Source of the DNA: a bacterium
Lineage (GTDB): Bacteria > J088 > JAWLBW01
Length of the DNA: 64,000 nt
Direction: 5' to 3'
NCBI GenBank assembly: GCA_041690355.1
Contig: JAWLHK010000006.1
Span: forward strand, 124,001-188,000
This document shows, piece after piece, positions 57,102 through 64,000 of the stretch. Numbering within the stretch: position 1 is the stretch's first letter; each line of letters starts with the position of its first letter. The notes beneath the pieces were generated by a model. That model saw only the letters and a program-made list of their open reading frames with translations, had not been told where the DNA came from and searched no databases. A program made the translations under genes and the position numbers.

Positions 57102-58933
57102 GCGGCATGGCGCGCAGGCGCGCTCTCCTGCTTCTGGCCGGGCTCGGGGGGCTTGCGCTTTCGGCCTGCGCCACGGGAACCGCGCAGGGGCCGGCGGCTC
57201 CGACGCCCCCGCCTTTGCGGCAGGCCTGCGCCCCGGCCTCCGAGGCCGCCTGGCAGGCGGCAGACGCCGGTTGCCGGGAAGCCATGGCGCTCGAACTGGC
57301 CGAAAAGGCGGCCGGGCAGGCGGCGTGGAGCGAAGCGCAGCGCTGGGCGCAACGCGCGCTCGAGTCGGGACCGGAAAGTGGTCGGCCCGAAACCCTTTTT
57401 CTGCTGGCTGAAGCTTCCTATGCGCTCGGCGTGACCGAGGGGGCCGAGCAGGATCTCGAAGCGGCGCTTGCCTTGGGCCTGGCGCCCGAGCGGGCGGCGC
57501 GCGCCCGGTATTACCTCGCCGAGCAGGCTTTTCTGCGAAAGGATGGTCCTGCCGTCGCGTCGCAGGTGGCCGCGCTCATGCTGCTGCCCGATTCGCGCTG
57601 GCGCGGCGCCGGCGAGGCGCTGCTCGGGGTGGCGGCCCGTGAGGGCTGGCTCGCAGACGAATCGCTCGCCGACCTGCCCGATTCGCTGCGCGCGCTCACC
57701 CGCTACGTCGAGGCCGAGCGGCACTATCAGGCGGGGCGCTACGCCGAGGCCCGGCCCCTCTATCAGGCCGTCGCAGCTGATCCCGAGGCCGTACGGCTCG
57801 GGTTGCGTTCGCTGGCCGACGGGCGGCTGGCTGATCTGGGCGAGACCGCCGAGGCGACCGCCGGCCGGGTAGGGGTCGTGCTCCCGTTCAGCGGCCGGGC
57901 CGGCGCCTTCGGCTGGTATGTGGTGCGCGGCGTGCTCCTGGCGCTCGACCCCTTCGAAGACTCGCGCGTCGATCTGCGCTTCGAAGACACCCGGGGCGAA
58001 CCCTTTCGCGCGAGTCTGGCCGTGCGAGCGCTTTACCGTGAGGGGGCCGTGGCCGTCATCGGGCCGCTCATCGGCAAGAACGCGGTCGCCGCCGTCGAGA
58101 CGGCCAACCACCTGGGCATGCCGACGATCGTCCTGAGCACGGGCGACCTTCCGCGCCTGGCTCCCTGGGCGATCCGTGACGCCGTGACCCCCGCGCAGCA
58201 GGTCAACACGCTGCTCGACGAATCGATGGGGCGCCGCGGCCACCGCCGCTTTGCGATTCTGCATCCCGACGACCCGTTCGGGCGGGGCATGATGAACGCG
58301 TTCTGGGATGCCGTACTTGCGCGCGGCGGCGAAATTACGGGCGTCGAATCGTACGTCCCGGGGAGCACGACGTTCAAGATGCCGATTCGCGCCATGACCG
58401 GCGCCGACTCCTTCACCCCCGAAGAGGTCGAGGCCCGCAAGGAGCTGCGCCAGCCGCTCGCCCATCTGGATTTCGACGCCGTCTTCGTGCCCGACGGCGC
58501 GGCGACCGCGGCCCTGATTCTGCCGCAGCTGCTCTATTTCGACGTCCGCGGGCCGGTTTTCATGGGGCCGCTGACCTGGAACCATCCACAGCTTCTCGAA
58601 CTGGGCCGCAATTATGCGGAAGGGACGCTGTTCGTCGACTGGTACATCCCGGGCGAGGGCGCAACCCCGTTCGCGCAGACGTTTCAGGAACGCTATGCGA
58701 AGACCTTTCGCGAGGCGCGGGCCCCCACGGTGACCGCTCAGGGGTACGAAGCCGGATGGCTGCTGCGCGACGGGCTGGGCCTCACCAACCGGCGCGCTCT
58801 TCGCGACAGTCTGTACGGACGGGAGTGGATCGGTTTCAGCGGCGAGGCCCGCATCGGCGCCGACGGCGAGTTCGAGCGCCCCCTGTTTCCACTCACGGTA
58901 CGCCGAAAGCAGATCGTGCCGCTCAAGGACTGA
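57098..58933 (+). CDS. TPR plus type I periplasmic-binding-fold lipoprotein (LpoA/LppC-like)
   Basis: LSAC lipobox; VGVVLPFSG, AVIGPL, DFDAVFVPD. Confidence 0.75.
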   Translation: MSGMARRRALLLLAGLGGLALSACATGTAQGPAAPTPPPLRQACAPASEAAWQAADAGCREAMALELAEKAAGQAAWSEAQRWAQRALESGPESGRPETLFLLAEASYALGVTEGAEQDLEAALALGLAPERAARARYYLAEQAFLRKDGPAVASQVAALMLLPDSRWRGAGEALLGVAAREGWLADESLADLPDSLRALTRYVEAERHYQAGRYAEARPLYQAVAADPEAVRLGLRSLADGRLADLGETAEATAGRVGVVLPFSGRAGAFGWYVVRGVLLALDPFEDSRVDLRFEDTRGEPFRASLAVRALYREGAVAVIGPLIGKNAVAAVETANHLGMPTIVLSTGDLPRLAPWAIRDAVTPAQQVNTLLDESMGRRGHRRFAILHPDDPFGRGMMNAFWDAVLARGGEITGVESYVPGSTTFKMPIRAMTGADSFTPEEVEARKELRQPLAHLDFDAVFVPDGAATAALILPQLLYFDVRGPVFMGPLTWNHPQLLELGRNYAEGTLFVDWYIPGEGATPFAQTFQERYAKTFREARAPTVTAQGYEAGWLLRDGLGLTNRRALRDSLYGREWIGFSGEARIGADGEFERPLFPLTVRRKQIVPLKD

Positions 58934-58936
58934 GGC

Positions 58937-60145
58937 GTGGACCGGGCACTCGAAACGCTGGATGCCGTCGGTCTGCCGGCCGCCCTCTGGGATCACCAGG
59001 GCCGGCTGCTCGAGGGCAATCGCAGTCTGCGCGCCCGGCTCGGCGGCCGGCTTCCCGACACGGTCGCGAAGCTGTTTACGGGCGCCGATGGGCCCCTGGA
59101 TTTTCCCCTCGCGGCCGGCGAGTTCGAGGTGCGGCTCCTGAACGATCCATCGGGACCGGTCGCGGCCTTGCGGGTCGGGTATCTCGAGGGGTACGGCGTC
59201 GGCGTCATTCATGAGGTCGACGACCGTGCGCGTCTGCAACGCGAGCTCGAGGCCAAGACTTCAGAGCTGCAGGAGAAGGTGCTCGAGCTCAGCCGCAGCA
59301 AGCGGGCGATTCTGAATATCCTCGAGGATCTCGAGGATCGCAGCCGTGAGCTCTCCCGCCGCAAGGAAGAGCTGGAGGTCCTCAACTACGATCTGCAGCG
59401 TTTCAACCGCGACCTCGAACGCGCCAACAAGGAGCTGCGCAGCCTCGACGAGACCAAGAGCAACCTGCTGTCGAACGTCAGTCACGAACTGCGCACGCCG
59501 CTCGTCGCCATCAAGGGATACAGCGACCTCATGTTCCGCGGCAAGCTCGGTCCGGTGACCGAGAAGCAGCGGCTCGGGCTCGAAGTCAGCCTGAAAAGCC
59601 AGGACCGGCTGCTCGACCTGATCAACAACCTGCTCGACTTCTCGCGCATCGAGATCGGCCGCCTCGAGCTCATGCGCGAAGAGTTCGTGCTCGGCGATCT
59701 GGTCGACGAAGTGCTGGCCGCCCTGCACCCGCGCGCCGCAGAGCGGGGGGTCGACCTGCGCATTCTCGGCCGACCCGAAGAGATCCGCCTCTTCGCCGAT
59801 CGGACGAAGATCGGCCAGATCCTCACGAACCTCATCTCGAACGCCATCAAGTTCAACCGCGACGACGGACGGGTCGAGGTGACCTTCGAAAGCGCCGATC
59901 ACGAGCTGGCGTTCAGCGTGCGCGACACGGGCATCGGCATTCCCCCCGAGCACGTCGGCCGCATCTTCGACCGCTTCTTTCAGGTCGATGCCGGGATGTC
60001 GCGGCGTTATGGGGGAACCGGACTCGGCCTGTCCATCGTCAAGAGTCTGGTCGAACTGCATGGGGGCTCCATCCAGGTCGTGAGCGAGCCCGACAAGGGG
60101 GCGACGTTTCTCATCCGCCTGCCGCGGCCCCTGGGGCCGGAGTAG
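58937..60145 (+). CDS. Sensor histidine kinase
   Basis: SHELRTPL, NLISNAIKF, DTGIGI, GGTGLGL. Confidence 0.95.
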   Translation: MDRALETLDAVGLPAALWDHQGRLLEGNRSLRARLGGRLPDTVAKLFTGADGPLDFPLAAGEFEVRLLNDPSGPVAALRVGYLEGYGVGVIHEVDDRARLQRELEAKTSELQEKVLELSRSKRAILNILEDLEDRSRELSRRKEELEVLNYDLQRFNRDLERANKELRSLDETKSNLLSNVSHELRTPLVAIKGYSDLMFRGKLGPVTEKQRLGLEVSLKSQDRLLDLINNLLDFSRIEIGRLELMREEFVLGDLVDEVLAALHPRAAERGVDLRILGRPEEIRLFADRTKIGQILTNLISNAIKFNRDDGRVEVTFESADHELAFSVRDTGIGIPPEHVGRIFDRFFQVDAGMSRRYGGTGLGLSIVKSLVELHGGSIQVVSEPDKGATFLIRLPRPLGPE

Positions 60146-60242
60146 CGGGCGCGTGGTCTGCGCGCGCGCCGTGTGATACGATACGCGTTGCGTGCAGAAG
60201 GCCTTCGCAGCTCCCTTCTGCCGAAGGTCTGCAGAGGAACAC

Positions 60243-60635
60243 GTGACTGCCAAGAACATTCTGATTGTTGAAGACGAGGTCGACCCCAACACGCTCTATC
60301 AGATGTCGCTGCAGGCCGAAGGGTTCAGTACGGTCGGCGTATTCAGCGGCGAAGAGGCGCTCGAGGCGCTCGGGCGCGAACCGTTCGACCTCGTGCTGCT
60401 CGACATCATGATGAAGGGGGGCATCGACGGCATCGAAACCTGCCGGCGCATCCGCGAAAACCCGGCCTGGGCGCAACTCCCCGTCTGCATGATCACGGCC
60501 AGCGTCGACATCGAGAAAGTCGTCTCGTCCTTCAAGGCCGGCGCGAACGGTTACATCGTGAAGCCGTTCGACATGCAGGAACTCTTCAACAAGATTGCCG
60601 AACTGACCGGCGCCACTCCTTCGACGAGCGCCTGA
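60243..60635 (+). CDS. Single-domain response regulator
   Basis: ILIVEDE, LLDIMM, YIVKPF. Confidence 0.92.
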   Translation: MTAKNILIVEDEVDPNTLYQMSLQAEGFSTVGVFSGEEALEALGREPFDLVLLDIMMKGGIDGIETCRRIRENPAWAQLPVCMITASVDIEKVVSSFKAGANGYIVKPFDMQELFNKIAELTGATPSTSA

Positions 60636-60637
60636 CG

Positions 60638-61561
60638 GTGGAGGCGGAACTGGTCCGCTATCTCCAGCGGCTTTTTCCGACCCCGGCCGGCACTCCCGTG
60701 CCCAACGGCGACGATGCGGCCGTCGTGGCGACCGCCTCACGCACGGCCATCACCGTCGATACGCAGCAGGAAGGGGTCCACTTCCGCTGGGGCTGGGCGC
60801 CCCCCGCCCGGCTGGGGGCCCGGCTGGTCGGCGTCGTACTTTCGGACCTTGCCGCCATGGGCGCGCGACCGCGCTGCGGCGTCCTGAGTCTCCTGATTCC
60901 CGCCGGCGTGTCGTTACGGGACGTCCGTGGATATCTGCGGGGCGTCGCCGTTCGCGCCGCGTCCGAGTCGTTCGCCATCGTCGGCGGCGACGTGTCGACG
61001 GCCGCCGGCTTCGGGGCTGTGCTCACCGCGCTGGGCGATGCCCCTCGCCGTCCGCTCCTGCGCGCCGGGGGGCGGGAAGGGGACCTTCTCTGCGTGAGCG
61101 GCCCGGTCGGTGAAGCGGCCTGGCAGCTGCGGCAGCGTCTCGCGGGCCGCAAGGGCCGGCTCGATCGCTGGCTGCGGCCCCCCTCGCGCATTTCCCTCGG
61201 CATGCGGCTCGCCGCCGATCGCCGGGTGCATGCGGCCATGGATATCAGCGACGGCCTGTTTCTCGACGCGGGGCGCCTCGCGGCGGCTTCAGGCCTCGGG
61301 CTCGAGCTGAGCCTGGAGGCCGTGCCCCTGACCGCCCCGCTGCGTCGCGCGCTGCGGGGTGCGCCGCTCGACTTGCGCCTCGCCGCGATCGGAGGGGGCG
61401 AAGATTACGAGCTGCTGGCCGCCGTCGACCCCCGGTATCCGGTGCCGGCCGGTCTGACGCCGATTGGCAGCCTCGGCGGGCCCCGGCAGATTCTTCTCGT
61501 GAACGGGGATCCGCAGCCCTGGCCTGCCGCGGGGTGGCTGCACGGGCGCCCGGCCCGTTGA
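60638..61561 (+). CDS. thiL: Thiamine-monophosphate kinase
   Basis: GDDAA, SDLAAMGA, GGD, MDISDGL, GGEDYEL. Confidence 0.92.
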   Translation: MEAELVRYLQRLFPTPAGTPVPNGDDAAVVATASRTAITVDTQQEGVHFRWGWAPPARLGARLVGVVLSDLAAMGARPRCGVLSLLIPAGVSLRDVRGYLRGVAVRAASESFAIVGGDVSTAAGFGAVLTALGDAPRRPLLRAGGREGDLLCVSGPVGEAAWQLRQRLAGRKGRLDRWLRPPSRISLGMRLAADRRVHAAMDISDGLFLDAGRLAAASGLGLELSLEAVPLTAPLRRALRGAPLDLRLAAIGGGEDYELLAAVDPRYPVPAGLTPIGSLGGPRQILLVNGDPQPWPAAGWLHGRPAR

Positions 61562-61676
61562 CCCTCGCCTGTCAATCCCTCAGCCCTCCCCTCGACGTTT
61601 GAATCCAGGCGGCGTTCCCAAGCGCCGGCCTTTGCCGTAGGCTGGATGAAGGCAGGAGGAGAAAAGGGGGGGAACC

Positions 61677-62162
61677 ATGCGAGTTCTATTGGGGATGGCC
61701 GTACTGCTCTGTGCCTGCGGCGGAGCCCCGGACCCGGCCGACGTGCTGGGGACGGGTACAAGCGACGACGGCCCGGAAACGAAGGCGGATCCCGCCGAAC
61801 CGCTCGTCGATTATTCAGGGACTTATACGGCCTATGGCCAGCTGGTGCGGGATGAGTGTCCCTTGTCGGTCGACCCGGCGACGCATCTGCCGATTGCGAC
61901 GACCTGGGCCATTGTCCGCGACGGCAACGGATTCCGCATCCGGGCCGACGGCTTTCCCGACATTACGGCAGGGACATCGAGTTCCCAGCTGACCGCCGAT
62001 CAGGTGCTGCAGGGCGCGTGCGGGCCCGTCCGGTTCCGCTTCGGCGTCAAGCCTGATTTCGGGGGTCTCTCCGGTCAGTTCTGGGCTGACTTCCAGAACC
62101 CTGTCTGTGCGGGGGGTGACCCCTGCTCGTTCCAGGGGGTGCTCGAGCTGGCCGAACCCTGA
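61677..62162 (+). CDS. Hypothetical lipoprotein
   Basis: LLCAC lipobox; four further Cys. Confidence 0.65.
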   Translation: MRVLLGMAVLLCACGGAPDPADVLGTGTSDDGPETKADPAEPLVDYSGTYTAYGQLVRDECPLSVDPATHLPIATTWAIVRDGNGFRIRADGFPDITAGTSSSQLTADQVLQGACGPVRFRFGVKPDFGGLSGQFWADFQNPVCAGGDPCSFQGVLELAEP

Positions 62163-62187
62163 CCGAACCGTTACGTCGACACCATCG

Positions 62188-62228
62188 AGGCCGTTCTCCC
62201 ACGCGGGAGAACGGCCTTTCCTGTTTCT
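62188..62228 (+). terminator. Intrinsic terminator
   Basis: AGGCCGTTCTCCC-ACGC-GGGAGAACGGCCT followed by a T-rich tail. Confidence 0.7.
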
Positions 62229-62348
62229 GTCTCCTTTCGATTCCGGGGATGCCTTGTCCATAGGGAGAGAACCTGCTCACTGTGGTCGACGAGGAAATTG
62301 CTCCGCCGAGTGGGCCAATTTGGGGAAAAGCCTCGACATGACGCCCAC

Positions 62349-62378
62349 TTGACAAGTAAGCCGTTGCCCATATATACT
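62349..62378 (+). promoter_or_regulatory. Near-consensus sigma70 promoter
   Basis: TTGACA-N18-TATACT. Confidence 0.7.
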
Positions 62379-62466
62379 TTGTCGTTCCAAAATTTTTTGC
62401 CGTTTTGAACGGCTCGATCTGGGGAGGGTCCCCGGGATGAACAACAGGAGAGGAGATATCCTTACT

Positions 62467-63687
62467 ATGAAGAAGCTTCTGACGTACTCGGCGCTCATGC
62501 TGCCCCTGGTGGCCTGCTCGCCGACGGCTGAGGAACTGGCTGACGCCATCGCCGCCGGCGATGCCGGTTCGGTCACTTATGTGAACACCGACCTTGGCCT
62601 GAAGGTCAACGTCCAGTACACGGCCGAGTACACCGAAAGCCTGCTCGAACAGCACTTCCGCGTGGTCGAAGGCGCCGAAGCCGTCGAACAGGTCGGCACC
62701 GACGCCACCAAGAAGGGCGACAAGGTCACGGTCGAGGCTTCGGCCGGCGGCTCGCAGACCCTGCACATCATCGGCAAGACGACCGACCGCGGCCTGCCGT
62801 GGGACAACGATTCGATCGTGTACAACCGCGTCGGCTACCTCGTCGAAGCCCGCGACGTCGCGAGTGTCGATTCGGAGAAGACGACCATCATCGCCGGTTC
62901 GCTGACGATCGAAAACCTGGTCGAATCGACGACGCGTGACCGCGTCGGTCAGTTCGTGCTTTCGGGTGACGCCATCGGCGACATCGACGCCGACTACATC
63001 AGCGGCGACACGATTCAGCCGTTCAACGGCCACATCGGCCGCATGAACCCGCGCAACGGCGAGTTCTGGATCGGCAACACGATGTTCGGCGACGCCATCT
63101 TCCGCGTGCTCGGCACCGAAGCCCTGACCATCGCGGTCAACGGCAAGGACACGAACGTCACGGCCGTCAAGGTTGAAGTGCGCGAAGCCGTTCAGGGCCC
63201 CGTGCAGGCCGACCTGATCGAAGCCTGCTTCGAAACGACGAAGGCCGGCGACGCCACCAACATCGACGCTCTGGATTGCCCCCCGGTGATCATCGCCTCG
63301 ACCGAATGGTGGTACCGCAACATGCTGGTCAAGGCCGAGCGCAGCGTCGTCTTCGTGAGCCCCGACGGCGATTGGCTTGAAGTCGACGGCTCCACGGGCA
63401 CGACCAAGTTCGACCAGGGTTACGGCTTCGAGCTCTTCCAGAACTGCGACCACGACCAGGACGCCGGCGCCACGACGGCCGAAGTCGCCTGCCGCTTCTT
63501 CAGCGACAACGACCAGGACCCCGCCGTGCAGCTCTACACCGCCGGTGGTCCGTCGGTCGACTTCTCGGCCAACGCCGCCACGAAGTACTTCCACTATGTT
63601 CAGGAAACGTGGAACCAGAGCTGGGCCGTCACCGCGATCGACGACAAGGAAGTCGAAGAGATCGGTGGCGCGGCCGCTGCCGAGTAA
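62467..63687 (+). CDS. Acidic hypothetical lipoprotein
   Basis: MKK...LVAC lipobox; AGGAG RBS; strongly biased codons. Confidence 0.8.
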   Translation: MKKLLTYSALMLPLVACSPTAEELADAIAAGDAGSVTYVNTDLGLKVNVQYTAEYTESLLEQHFRVVEGAEAVEQVGTDATKKGDKVTVEASAGGSQTLHIIGKTTDRGLPWDNDSIVYNRVGYLVEARDVASVDSEKTTIIAGSLTIENLVESTTRDRVGQFVLSGDAIGDIDADYISGDTIQPFNGHIGRMNPRNGEFWIGNTMFGDAIFRVLGTEALTIAVNGKDTNVTAVKVEVREAVQGPVQADLIEACFETTKAGDATNIDALDCPPVIIASTEWWYRNMLVKAERSVVFVSPDGDWLEVDGSTGTTKFDQGYGFELFQNCDHDQDAGATTAEVACRFFSDNDQDPAVQLYTAGGPSVDFSANAATKYFHYVQETWNQSWAVTAIDDKEVEEIGGAAAAE

Positions 63688-63712
63688 TCGGACGCAGCTG
63701 ACTGCTTGATTC

Positions 63713-63750
63713 AGGCCTCCGGCGGCAACGCCGGAGGCCTTTTTTCGTTT
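63713..63750 (+). terminator. Intrinsic terminator
   Basis: AGGCCTCCGGCG-GCAA-CGCCGGAGGCCT followed by TTTTT. Confidence 0.9.
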
Positions 63751-63775
63751 GGGTGGAACCGCGTTCGGATCGCGC

Positions 63776-63822
63776 GAAGACTGTGGACTGACGACTGACG
63801 ACTGAATATTGAAGACTGACTA
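63776..63822. repeat. Heptamer repeats (GACTGAC-type)
   Basis: GAAGACTGTGGACTGACGACTGACGACTGAA. Confidence 0.7.
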
Positions 63823-64000
63823 AGCCGTCCTGCGTGCGAGCACTTCGTAGGCCCGCACGGTAGCCGTTTTGCCCTTCAGGGATTTCTCGCCCAGGTCGTT
63901 GAAGTCGAACAGGTCGCGCACCTGCGAAAACGTCTGCGCGCCGATCGTCACGGCATTGGGTCGCCCGATGCTCTCGATGCGTTGGGCCGTGTTGACGGCG
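63820..64000 (-). CDS. 3' end of a class III adenylate/guanylate cyclase
   Basis: Reverse strand reads AVNTAQRIES...SLKGK...AYEV, stop TAG at 63820-63822. Confidence 0.85.
   Translation of the reverse strand, partial: AVNTAQRIESIGRPNAVTIGAQTFSQVRDLFDFNDLGEKSLKGKTATVRAYEVLARRTA

Noticed and set aside
756-63594. Long antisense or alternate-frame ORFs (e.g. 2255-4150, 16190-18190, 20701-22908, 52711-54936, 56999-59239, 62047-63594)
   Set aside because: Shadows of real high-GC genes; no recognisable motifs.
1-64000. tRNA, rRNA, prophage or transposase genes
   Set aside because: None recognised by eye; a covariance-model search was not possible.

Overview
High-GC bacterial genomic window. The gene style suggests a Myxococcota/deltaproteobacterial-type organism, but that is an impression only. 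Left to right: (i) a sulfur-handling operon (ArsR-rhodanese, MFS-rhodanese fusion, DsrE-family, cysteine desulfurase); (ii) housekeeping and accessory genes (SDR, YkgJ-like, ABC-F, TetR/hydrolase, Fic, SRPBCC, DUF1801, RluB-type pseudouridine synthase, SUI1/YciH, Dyp peroxidase), often separated by 7-bp tandem repeats; (iii) ectABC-ectD and pepN; (iv) a defence-type island at about 23.2-34.1 kb with three toxin-antitoxin pairs, an MmeI-like type IIL R-M fusion with a lower-GC swapped segment, two PD-(D/E)xK nucleases, unknown two-TM proteins and a GIY-YIG remnant, punctuated by three direct copies of a REP-like element headed by 39-bp tandem units; (v) a minus-strand module at about 34.1-48.7 kb: GAF-PAS kinase, sigma54 activator, a clear sigma54 promoter with two palindromic upstream sites, a PilZ protein, a pseudo-receiver/coiled-coil/TPR protein, two DUF4402-like pilin paralogues, a chaperone and an usher-like protein fused to an OmpA-like domain; (vi) glycan genes, envelope proteins, a two-component pair, thiL, lipoproteins and the 3' end of a class III nucleotide cyclase. 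Module (v) is the best candidate for an undescribed system, and the repeat-delimited defence cassettes in (iv) are second. All family calls are motif recognition by eye; no searches were run.
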